A DNA stretch of 64,000 nucleotides from Lama glama. Lineage: Eukaryota. The stretch lies in contig CM052817.1 in the NCBI GenBank assembly GCA_028534125.1, positions 13,022,001-13,086,000 of the forward strand, in the 5' to 3' direction. A model generated the notes under the pieces. That model was not told the DNA's origin. It was given only the letters and a program-made list of their open reading frames with translations, and made no database searches. The translations under genes were made by a program, and so were the position numbers. Position 1 is the stretch's first letter. The number at the start of each line of letters is the position of its first letter. Of the stretch, positions 24,708-36,038 are shown piece after piece.

Positions 24708-26635
24708 ACTTGGGGTTATTTATTTGGGGAGCGCGCGGACGGCGGAGGCTGACGGAGGCGGCGGCGGCGGTGGCTGCCGCAGACGGTGGTTAAAAAAAGG
24801 AGGCGGCGGCGGCGGCGGCGGCGGCGGCAAGGGATGGGAGCGCCGTGGCTCCCGGGCGCAGGCGGGAGCTGCCGAGCTTTCCGGGCAAGGCGGGAGTGCT
24901 GAGGAGAAAGGGGAGCGTCTGAGGGGCCCGCAGCCGGCTCCCGAGGCACGGGCCGGGTTTTTGTTCGGCTGCGCTGAGCGCCAGGCAGCCCGAGCCAACA
25001 ACTCCAGTTACAACAACAACCCACCTTCCCGCAGCCGAGCGAGACTAGGGCTGCTGCGTCCGTCCTATTGTTTAGACACTTGCCAGGAGCTCGGGAGTCA
25101 GCGGAGCCACCGAGTCCCCGCTCCCTGTCGCCGCCTTCCCTCTCCCCCACTTCCCTCCCCAGAGAAGGAGGCGCGGAAAGACCGGGAGAGGGGAAGGGGC
25201 TGGAAGGAAGCGGGCCGCTCCGGACTGCGGCCGCCGAGTCAGGTGCAGCGCCGGGAGACGGGCGGCGTCGCGACGTCGGCGGGAGGACTCCCACCGTGTC
25301 TGTGAGGACTGGATTCTAAGCCTGGGAAAAGTTCCTGCACTTTGAGAAGAAGGGCCCACTTGTAGGCTGCTGTCGAGGGGGGAGTCCGAGGGGCTGTGCC
25401 TGCCCAGGAGCCCGGTCTTGTTTCTTCCACCTTTGCCATCAGGTGTCTGCTGCGGAGCTGCGGCGTATCCGGGAGACGAGAGGGGCTGACACACGCACGC
25501 ACAGAGGACTGCCGTGCAGCTGCCTCCTGGGGTCTCCTCGGAGTCGCAGATCCCACGACCGTCTACCAGCTACCACCTCGCCACCCTCCGGAACACCCCT
25601 GCCTGACTGGGACGCGGACACCTCCACCTTGGCCTTTCCACTCTTTCCTGCCGGCCTGCCAGTCATTCCCTACTTAGTCTTCTCAGGAGCTCTCGTCCTT
25701 AACTTGGTCTCTAGGATTTTCTCTACCGTGGTCGTGACTAGTGGATATTTCTGCCGGCTGCGGCGGCCCGACTGCCCTTTTGTCTTTTCTGCGTGACCTC
25801 GGTGAAGGCCTTGGTGCGGAGCGTCGCCAAGGACGCCAGGCGGGAGGCAGAATTGCCCAGACATCCTTCAGCGAAGTGAAGGTGTATTTGCAAACCGCCC
25901 TCGGCTGTCAGTAGACGACGAGGACCCGTCCGGACTGCGGAGGAGCCGCAGGCCGGTGGGAGGCCGCGTGAGTGAGCCGAGCAGCGCCAGGAGCCCCGCA
26001 GCGCCGTCCCGCGTCCCCCAGGCTGCGCGCCAGCCCTGTGCGCCCCCGCGCGCCATGCCTAGTGGTTCAGCGCGCTCCGCTCCCAGCCCGTAGGGCTCCT
26101 GCGCCTTCTAGTTTCGGAAGAGCCCACATATATCGAGTCCACCATTTCTACTTAGCCCTTCTCTTCTGTCTCCTGCAGTCCCCACTGGAATTGGATTTGC
26201 AGAGGGAGTCGTGGAATCTGAGCACCCTTGACCCACGCGCAACCAGTCCCTGCATCTTCACCGCCGTTGGGAGTCCGAGGTCTTTTACCACCAAGTTGAT
26301 ATTTGCGAGACAGACGAGGCGTGATCTCCTCCCGGCCTGCTCCGGGGTCTCCCTATAGCCTTGGCCAGGCCAGTTGATCTTCAGGACCTAAAGTTGCCCA
26401 AGGAGCGTCTGCCCTTCTAGAGGAGAGTGAGGGTTACTAAGAGGCGTGTACCCATGTCAGCTCTCCTGCCTTGAATATTACTGTTACTTCCATATTATTT
26501 TGTGCACATTATCTGGACACTCTGGGTTGCTAGCCTCGCTCCAGGCACTGGGCCTCAGGCTCAGCACGGTTCGAGCGGAGTAGCAAGCTAAAGAGAAACC
26601 CTCGGCGCCTACGAGCGAGGAGGCGGCAGGGGAAG
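24708..26635 (+). other. SLIT2: Inferred long 5' UTR of SLIT2 (~1.9 kb if unspliced)
   Basis: Interval from the TATA-predicted TSS to the start ATG. Contains only three ATGs by manual scan. Confidence 0.6.
24802..24828 (+). repeat. (GGC)9 trinucleotide repeat in the 5' leader
   Basis: 27 nt perfect run; a shorter (GGC)4 lies at 24757-24768. Confidence 0.95.
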
Positions 26636-26814
26636 ATGTGCGGCGTCGGCTGGCAGACGCTGTCCCTGTCGCTGGGGTTAGTGCTGGCGATCCTGAACAA
26701 GGTGGCGCCGCAAGCGTGCCCGGCGCAGTGCTCCTGCTCTGGGAGCACAGTGGACTGTCACGGGCTGGCGCTGCGCAGTGTGCCCAGGAACATCCCCCGC
26801 AACACCGAGAGACT
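26636..26814 (+). CDS. SLIT2: Slit homolog 2, coding exon 1 (signal peptide + LRR N-terminal cap)
   Basis: ATG at 26636 (GGGAAG ATG T). Translates [59 protein letters not shown](L), with the LRRNT motif CPxxCxCxxxxVxC. 179 nt; donor CT|GTGAGT at 26815. Confidence 0.98.
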
Positions 26815-27495
26815 GTGAGTATGAGCTCTTCTTCCCCCTTCCTCCTCACCATCGGGGTTGCGTGGCCCCTGCTTGTAGACTGGAGGGACCAAGAGGCACA
26901 GGGACCTGTGCCTGGGGCAGCCCTCACCAGCTTTCCTGAACGCGCATCCTGGGCTTGAACTCTGGTAGGGCGCTGCCCAGGGAGGGGCCGCTGCCCAAGG
27001 AGGGGCGGGCCCGCTTGCAGCTGCGCTTGATCCCTTCCTCCCGCTCTAGTCCCGCCACTCGCAGCCCTTTGCGGGCGAGATATCTGAGGCTGGGGAGGAG
27101 GAGAGATGGGGAACAAGTAGTCGCGGATGCCCGGGGCAAAGGAGACGCGACTTTGTTCCTCGGACTCTGTAAACGGAGTCAGTCACCTTGCGGTTGGGAA
27201 CTCTCGCGGGTCTGTTCAGGGCCGAGTCCCCGCTCTTGTCACCGCCGGGTGGCGCGAGGAGAGGGGATGGCGGGGAGGGGGGGGGCTCAAAAGAGAGAAA
27301 CCTCCTTTCCCTGGCTTTGTGTCGCCCTCCTGGGGACACAGGGAAAGGAGAAAGGGTCGTGGGGCAGCTGGGTCCGCCCGGGGGCGCTTCTACTGGCCGC
27401 GGAAAGAAAGGTATCTCAGGACAGCGGCAGCTCCCCCGGTGGCCGCGCGTGGCCCCCCGCGACCCTTCCCCGGCCTCCCACTTCCCCGGGAGGGA

Positions 27496-27516
27496 GGCGG
27501 CGGCGGCGGCGGCGGC
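27496..27516 (+). repeat. (GGC)7 repeat in intron 1
   Basis: 21 nt perfect run. Confidence 0.95.
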
Positions 27517-29508
27517 GAGCCCCCAGGGATCTGTCCGAGCGGGAGACTCCGGAGGAGAACCGCATCCTATCGACTAGGCGAAGTTAGGGCTGGCTCTCCC
27601 ACAGGAACCAGCCAAGTCGGGTCCGACCGCTTTGGCGACCCCGCGGCCCTCGGCTGCCCTCTCCAGCCCTTCCTGCTGAGCCCCGGTGCCCCCTTTGCAC
27701 CTTTCTGGCAGTTTCTGCATCCCTTCACGCGGCAGCAGCTCCCCTTCCTTCCTCTCTTCGCGCTCTGCTGCCCGCAGACATCCCCGCCTCCCTGCCTCTT
27801 CGAGTCTCTAATGAAGAAGTAAATCGCAGACCCAGTGTTGACGGCCCACGCGCTCCTTGCGGGGCGCTTCCCGAGTTCAGGGAAGCGGAGCGTGTAGGCC
27901 GTTCCCTTTGTGAACGCCGAGGCCGCCGCCCCGCGCCGCGCCGTCGCGCGTGGGCCCGGCGGGACGAGCGCTCCCGGGCTGCGCTCCCGGCCTCTGCGCC
28001 CCGGGGGGTGAGGGTGGCAGGCCGCCGAGGGCACCCGCTCGGCCCCGCACGTCTCCACCCACGGAGCCCGCAGCGCGTCGAGCCGCTCTTCTTATCCAAC
28101 CCATTTCCCTCGCCCTCAGTGTAAAGGCCAGAGTTGAGCCATTTCTCCCTTTGCAAATGGCTCCCCCACCCTGAAGCTCCCTGGGCCTCCCCCTACCCCT
28201 TCTCGTCCCTCCTTCCAGGCCCGGCGCGCTGAGCAAGTTGGGGGCCTACCGCGGGTGTCTGGTCAAAATGCGATCTACCAAGTTTGCCTGGGATGGGCTA
28301 TGGGGCGGGGGATTCTTGTGCTGTCAAGAAGCAGGAAGAGGACCCTGACTATGGTAGGGACAGTTCGATAGTGCTTCCCTCAGCTCGGAAAGTAAGTTGG
28401 GGAAAAAGCAATGCAGAATTCTGTTTTATCACTTGTCATCTCATGCTGTTCAGAACAGTTTAAAGTTTAAGCAGTGACACGTCTTATTCAACAAAAAAGG
28501 AAATGCATTAAGGGAAAAAATAGCAATCGAGTTTTAGGGACTTGGAAAAAGAATAGCCCAATGAGAGACCTATAAAGAATTTTCAGAAAATAGTTTACAT
28601 CAGGTCAGGCTTATAAATTTTATCGTTGACAACATAAACATATTAAATACAGATTTCAAAAGTGATGTTTTAAAGTCAAGGTAAGGTTTACTTCCGTGAA
28701 GAAGGACATTGAAACCACAGCCAAACTTGGTTTTACTTGAAATGATTGGAACCAGGGCAAGTTTAGATCTTGACCTAAGATGCCAGAAAAGGGGGTTGTG
28801 ACTCTTGAAGGAAACTTGGTGCTGAAATCTGAACAAAAACATCAGGGCCTGAATACTGCTTCCATTTCTGCCCCTGCTAGTAGTTTTTACTTTACTGTCA
28901 CAGCGGGGGTCCCTGAGCTGCAAATGAAGAGTTTAGTTTTCATACAAACATAGAATTGTTGGAAGGTAACTGCCTCTAAATGCGAGTCTTTGAAGTGCAG
29001 TTCTTTTGATGACACTCTGACTTTGCTCATTGCCTTAGGAAGTTTAGCCACTGTGGGCACGTAAGTTTAGGCTTCTGAATTTTTAAAATTTTTTCCTAAA
29101 TAGTATTAGAAAATTGTTCATTTTAACTTCCTGAAGGCAGCGTTCTGGGAATGTGCCTAACAATAATAGTAAACAGTAGAATACCTGTGAAATTAATATA
29201 CACATCCTTATAAAAACAAAAATTGAAAGCTCTCCCACACACACAAAAGAGTTTTCGTGATAACATAATCACTTCATTTTCTTGTCATATGCCAACGAGC
29301 ATGGACTCTGTAAACTTGTTAAGAATCATTTTAAGAATTTTCTTTCAAAGATTACTTCCTTCTCTCTCTTTTACTTTGTGAACTACTCTAGTATTTGGAA
29401 CTGATCTTTCATCTCAAAGTTCTTATGTAGCTTGTATTTTTCTTTGTTTAGCCAAGTGTTGCTAGAAATTACATGGGCCTTTCATTTTCTTAATTTTTTT
29501 CTTCTCAG

Positions 29509-29580
29509 GGATTTAAATGGAAATAACATCACACGGATTACCAAAACAGACTTTGCTGGTCTTAGGCACCTAAGAGTTCT
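29509..29580 (+). CDS. SLIT2: SLIT2 coding exon 2 (one 24-aa LRR)
   Basis: Acceptor tttttttcttctcag|G. 72 nt encoding (L)[23 protein letters not shown](L). Donor CT|GTAAGT. In phase with exon 1. Confidence 0.97.
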
Positions 29581-30728
29581 GTAAGTATGTTCTTCTGTGT
29601 TTTGGAGCATTCTCTTTTGTTTTTTAAGGTTGCATATTTTGAATCTTTGCTGATCTCAGTTGTAAAAACCTTTCCAGTAACAGAAACATAATTTTTTAGA
29701 AGGTCTTGGTGGCCTTTCTTTTTTTTTGTTTAACAGTGTACTACAAATTTTAATGAAAGTGTAGGCTTTTATTTTAAGGTTGGTTGCAGGCCATATAAAC
29801 AATATTATGGAAATGACCTCAGATGTTTGCTATACCATATCCTAAGTGCCTTATGCATATAAAAGTGTAGAATAATTGCTTTCACAATATGAATGATTAA
29901 TGTGAGACTTTCGATATACTTTTAGGCCTTGGAATTAAGTAGGAAGAATTTAAGTGGGTCTGCATTTTATAATTACTAACCTAAAAACGTTCAGACTTTT
30001 CTAGCAAACAACACTTAGATATAATTTCTAACATTAAAATCTGGCAGTCCAGGTTTTCGCAGGGTTTTTGGTGGGAACTGTTTCTCTGTAAAAATATTTT
30101 GGTCAGATTTTAAATTGTTTCTTGTTTTTTTTTATCTTTGCAGCTTTTATAAAATTGTTGCAATATGATTACTTCTTTAATTAACATGTGAATGAACCGT
30201 TATTTGAGATTCAATGTAATGTAAAGTTGTTTTCACCCACAGATTTGTAAATATTTACATTGCAGTGAACATATACTTTTGATCATTGTGTGTTCACTGT
30301 TCAATTTTGAAAGACACCTTTTAGCCTTTATGAATTCTTCCAATTTCTAACATCCATCCATCTGTGAATTGAAGTATGTCTATAGTGAATTCTTGTATAT
30401 TGATTCTTTCAGTTAACTCACTTGAAAAACAGCCATCAAAGTTGCAGTGTCATGGGCTGCTCCCTCAGGATGTACTATGGTTTAAGGTTCAGAATTTTGA
30501 CTAAATTTTGTGCGAAACTGAATTAGTATTTTCTATGAAAGTTTTATGATGTAGATGCTACCTTCCCTCCCTGATTTTTCTCAAGCATATCATCATTAGA
30601 TTTGATACCAGATCTCAAAGCAGAGCAATATTTAACTTCATAGAGGGAAAAGTTTTCAGCTGCTGAATTGAAACTTTTTTAGGTGCTGAGTGGTAACATT
30701 AAGACTCCTCTTATACTTTGCCTTTCAG

Positions 30729-30800
30729 TCAGCTTATGGAGAATAAGATTAGCACTATTGAAAGAGGAGCATTCCAGGATCTTAAAGAACTGGAGAGACT
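30729..30800 (+). CDS. SLIT2: SLIT2 coding exon 3 (one 24-aa LRR)
   Basis: Acceptor ctttgcctttcag|T. 72 nt encoding (L)[23 protein letters not shown](L). Donor CT|GTAAGT. Confidence 0.97.
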
Positions 30801-32963
30801 GTAAGTATTTTCAATTCCAAACTTATGACGACATAACTATATTTTTAAAAATACGTGAATTTCAAGGACCATGTCTTCAATTCCATGTCTCAGTCTTTGT
30901 AAGTTTACAGAAACAAGAGGTTGAATAAATGATTTTCAGACTGATTTACAATTAGAAGTTGTAGAATTTTTGCATAAATAGTACTAACTTGTAATAAAGT
31001 TCGAAAATACAGACTTAACTTTCCTGAGGCATTTACTCCCTTGATAGCCATTGTTTTGTACTTAGAGATGTACATGTTTGTCGTATTCTTTATCTAGTTT
31101 GTTGTATTTGCTTATGTAGGAAGACAGGTGGGAATTTTATTTGCCTTTATGGTGTGTTATAGAAAAGAAAATTTTGCTAGTAGTTATTTTAGTTTTCATG
31201 CTGTTGCTGTGTGTGGGTCATTAGTGACATTTGAAGAAATATTTAAAGTTCTTAGTGATAAAGATTTACTTTCTGATATTTAACACATGTGGTGAACATT
31301 GTTAATAACTGCTATTCACAGTTTTATTTCATTATTTTATAGTAGCTTTCTAAATATTTTTTGCTGGAAAAAGAATTTAAAGGTTAGTAGAAATGGAAGT
31401 AAGAATTATGCTATCAAAGCATGTCATTTAACATCGATTCTTTTTTCCCAAGAAAATAAAATGTGGACTTCAGAATTTAAAATATATTTTTATTTTTCAG
31501 ACACAAAATCATATATTACTTAACGACCATTATTATTTTATGTCTATGGCATATAATTAGAAAAGAGAAAACCTCTGTCTGAAATAATTAGGGTGAAATA
31601 CACACTTTGTAATTTGAAATATTAATTCCATATCTCCTATGTCTTGATAATTCAAGTTTAGTAGCTTTGTATTTTTAATGATAAATTAAAAGCAGCAACA
31701 ATTATTTTAATAAGTTTCAATGCCTGCTTTAAGAAGCACTGTAGGTAAAAATAGAAATTTTATTTAAAATAGTGAAATATGAAGTTCATTTTAGACATAG
31801 CGCATATTCAGATTTCCTGGACCCGAGGGCAAAAGTTAATTTTGTGTAATTAAGTACAAAAATGGCTTGTCAGTTTCTAAGATATTTGTAAATATAAACT
31901 ACATCTTTATACCCTCAAGTAAAATTAAACACACAGATACTTAATTTATTTTGCTGTAAAATTTTGTTCATGATAAATATTACAATGTAGGAAATGTAAT
32001 TGTGACATTCAAAATAAATTTAAAACCACTACTTAGAGCTAGTTTGGGGGAAGGAATAAACATAAGGTAAACATTTGGTTAAGTTTATAAGTTTATAACC
32101 TATCCCTTAGTATATGAAAATACTCTGAAAGTATTCTTTGATCTTTTTCATAAATAGCTAATTTCTAGTGAGTACTTGACAAAGGTATTTTTAACTTATC
32201 CATTAAAAACCTGAGTAAAAAAAATTAATTTAAATATCTGATAAGATGAATAGATAATTTTAAATTATCATTTAAACATGAACAGTTTTCTCATGAACAA
32301 CTTTTAGTTATTCATAGATATGTGTTTAGTATTCATGTATATATGTATTTCCATCTGAGCTATATGTATATTTTTTTCTTAAATGACTTTGACATCGTTG
32401 AAGGAGAATCTCAGTGGCTTTTCCTGAAGTCTCTATTTTGTTTATATTGTAGTTTTAAATATTTTCAGAAACACTGAAACAGAACAGGCTTCTTCATTAT
32501 TTTTCGAACCACTTTGGAGTATCATTTGAACTTTCATCTTGAATAAACTAACTTTTCCTAAAAATTATTAACCAGATGCCTTATGATCTGAAATTTGATT
32601 AGAGTTGTAAGTGGGTCCTATTTTTTGACTTTTACTTCCCCCGGGAATGTCACTTCATCTCAGAACAATTTTCTATTCTACTAAGATGCAGTCAGATGTT
32701 TCAGAGTGGGAGGAGGATGTGTAATTTTGAATGAAAACTAATATATATGCAGGACTTCTTTAAATCACCCCAGCTGTTGGCTGAGAGCAAATATTTCATA
32801 TTTGTGAGGAAAAGCTGAGAAAATTCCTTTTGTTTACAACTGCCAAGTCCATCTGATGGAAGCACATTGTTATTTGACAGCCAATTCATCTCCTTGGGAC
32901 TCTGGAATTCAAAACCATTTCTTAGGAACATTGTGGATACACTTTTCAAATATTTATTTTTTT

Positions 32964-33463
32964 NNNNNNNNNNNNNNNNNNNNNNNNNNNNNNNNNNNNN
33001 NNNNNNNNNNNNNNNNNNNNNNNNNNNNNNNNNNNNNNNNNNNNNNNNNNNNNNNNNNNNNNNNNNNNNNNNNNNNNNNNNNNNNNNNNNNNNNNNNNNN
33101 NNNNNNNNNNNNNNNNNNNNNNNNNNNNNNNNNNNNNNNNNNNNNNNNNNNNNNNNNNNNNNNNNNNNNNNNNNNNNNNNNNNNNNNNNNNNNNNNNNNN
33201 NNNNNNNNNNNNNNNNNNNNNNNNNNNNNNNNNNNNNNNNNNNNNNNNNNNNNNNNNNNNNNNNNNNNNNNNNNNNNNNNNNNNNNNNNNNNNNNNNNNN
33301 NNNNNNNNNNNNNNNNNNNNNNNNNNNNNNNNNNNNNNNNNNNNNNNNNNNNNNNNNNNNNNNNNNNNNNNNNNNNNNNNNNNNNNNNNNNNNNNNNNNN
33401 NNNNNNNNNNNNNNNNNNNNNNNNNNNNNNNNNNNNNNNNNNNNNNNNNNNNNNNNNNNNNNN
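32964..33463. other. Assembly gap (500 N)
   Basis: Run of exactly 500 N flanked on both sides by T tracts. Confidence 0.99.
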
Positions 33464-36038
33464 TTTTTTTAAATACATTAAATGGCAAGCAGTTTTGCTA
33501 AAGAATGAATTCAAGTTATTGTGGAACAAACTATTTTAAATTGTGTTCAGTATATTAATTAAAAAATTAAAATCAAGAAAACTTACCCAGAGAATTCTAT
33601 AATGCCAATTACTATGGCCTTACAGTAATATTACTATGGTATATATTCTTCTTATAGTAAGTTATGTCATTAACATCACACAAATTGCCTTTTTTTTTCC
33701 CCTTTCAAAAAGCTGCAAGGGACAGTGTAAGAAACAGGATGTAATCAATGAACTAACTTTTAAATAATTATATCTCATGTGAGCTTATATGTTTTTTAGC
33801 AATTTAGACGTGAATTTTAAATTCAGACTCCAAAAATCATGAAGAGTTATATAAATGCAGGTTTATGTTGTAAATGCCATTTATACCATATTATAGCAAC
33901 TTAATTTTCATTCTTGTGTGAAGAACAAAAAAATAAAAACCTTCACTTTACTCGTGTGCAATTTATGGTTCTAAGTTATTTTTTCATTTTAGAATGATAA
34001 CATAAAAACAATTCCAAATGATATTTTAGGAATATTTCAATAATCATAAGTTTTTTCTTTCTGTTTTATGTTGCTAGAGTTTTTAACTTGATCTAGAGAA
34101 AGACGACACCTGGAAACAGAGGATAAGATCTGGGCTTTTTCGAAGTCCAACTTTTAATCTCTCAAGTAACAGGGTCATGTTATTAGGTTGAATTTAGTTT
34201 TAGCATAGGATGATAAAATGATGATTGGTAAATCAAAGCATTACAGCTACAAAAAAAACCCCACAATTTTTCCACCTCAAGGAATTGATGAAATAAAAGG
34301 TTATCAGTCAAGAAGTAGATGGCGATTAAAATCCTCCCTCCGAATTTCCCTTTCTTCCTTTCCTGTCTCACTGTCTCCCTTTGCACTTACTCCCTTCTTT
34401 GTATTGTATAGAAAACATCAGATGATACGATGATCAGAATGTGGCTATGAATCATTGTAAAAGGAGCAAGTTTTGATCACGCCTACACACTATGAGCACA
34501 CGGTACTTCCTGTGTTGACAGCTTCCTGCTGTACTCCCGCACCTAACGTGTGCGTTGGCAGAATCCCCTGGATGCTCTGTTGCCAGTAGTACCTCCTTAT
34601 CTGGCATTAGAGTGAAGCCTTGAGAATGTGCCTTGTGTAGATTGTGGCAACAGGTCTCATGTTGTTTAATCAAATGTTCAAATGAAATCTGATGTCATTA
34701 AGCGATATTCACTGGAAATTAAGGAAAAAACAGATGACAAATAAGCTACAGTAAGGAATTGGAACATTTACAAATTATACCTCTTTATACTTCACGAAAG
34801 ATACCTGTACATACCTGTAATTAGATCTCCATGCAAAATTATTAATTCAAGGTATTTCTTGGTTAGTGCATAATGTGTTAGAAGGTAAAAACAAAATCAC
34901 ATTGGGGGTCAGGACTTTTGTGTGCTGGTATAAAGTTCTGTTGTTCACTTACGTCTTACCAGATTTTGCTGCAGTCATTAAAGTTCTATCTTTTGGACTT
35001 TTAAAGAGACCCAGGCCAGTTCAGCTTTTGCAAGTTCTTTGATAACACAGATGCAAGAGTATGAGAATGTTTTTGAGATTTTTTTAAGGTTGTTCAAAAA
35101 AATGTTAGGGCATTTTGTGCTGAATGAATGCGATGAAATGCTCCTAATGCAAAATAAAATGTGAATATGTCTAGGTTACTTTACTGAGAACCAGTTGCAC
35201 ACCACTGGAAACCTTGGATGTTAGATCGTTCATTAACTTCACAGTCATCTTATACCCTTACAATAAGGACGTTACAGAAGTGATAAAGCAAGGGCTTGGA
35301 CGGCTCCTTTGTTCCGACCAACAAAGTGTTAAGATGTTTTTTTTTAAGACAGTATTGCTCTAATTGCTGCAAGTTTTAGTATCTTTGGATTTCAGATTAC
35401 AATTTTTCTACTTTGTCATTGGATACTCATTTTTGCTTGAAAACAAAAAATAGTCTTGAAAATATTATTATAATGAAGTCATGCAAGGAATCTTGGAAAA
35501 GAAACCTGCTCACTTAGATATTTTTAAGTTTCTACCAAGTTGATCAGAAGACAATACTCACTGTAATTTAAAAATGTCTTTACAATAGAGCCTAAGTGTG
35601 ACTCCTGAAAGGAAATCTAAAAGGCACCTGTCTTTTTTGAAGGTGCTAAGTGAATTCTCCCAGGGTGCACACAGCACACGTGAGCGTGTGACCCAGCCGG
35701 CGTGGGGCTGAGGAACTGTGGCACCCTAGAATTTCCGTTGCAGGTCGCTACCCATGAGTCAAGTAGAGAATGTGTTGTGGAACAGGTCTGAGGGAAGGCA
35801 CCTCTTATCCCCTGTTCTTCAAGGAGGTAGAGAATCCCTCTTCTGACCAATTCTGCAAGTTTATAGGCAACGCATCACACATTCTTTTTCTTAAAGTAAG
35901 AGCAACGTTATAGTGCTATTCTCCTTGGAAAAGAATGCAAGCTCATCTCAAAAGAATTGTTCTCTGTCATCTTTACACCCAAGCTTAAAATCACTGCAGT
36001 TATTTTCTTGGGAAAGGCTCCTTAAAGAACACATCAGA

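Larger units (their letters stand above)
24320..28260. promoter_or_regulatory. CpG island over the SLIT2 promoter, exon 1 and start of intron 1
   Basis: Abrupt switch from AT-rich, CpG-poor flanks to GC-rich, CpG-dense sequence. Boundaries estimated by eye. Confidence 0.92.

Noticed and set aside
25266..25278. Overlapping CpG palindromes CGTCGCGACG / CGACGTCG
   Set aside because: Expected by chance in a CpG island; does not match the TCTCGCGAGA motif well.
24326..28236. Many overlapping 100-230 aa ORFs on both strands
   Set aside because: Low-complexity Gly/Arg/Pro/Ala translations expected from stop-poor CpG-island DNA, with no recognisable domain. Only the poly-Gly frame is kept, as a hypothesis.
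30683..30928. 81-aa ORF over exon 3
   Set aside because: Alternative frame crossing both splice sites; the true frame is the LRR.
32856..33539. Long ORFs of 180-227 aa
   Set aside because: Artefacts of translating the N gap.
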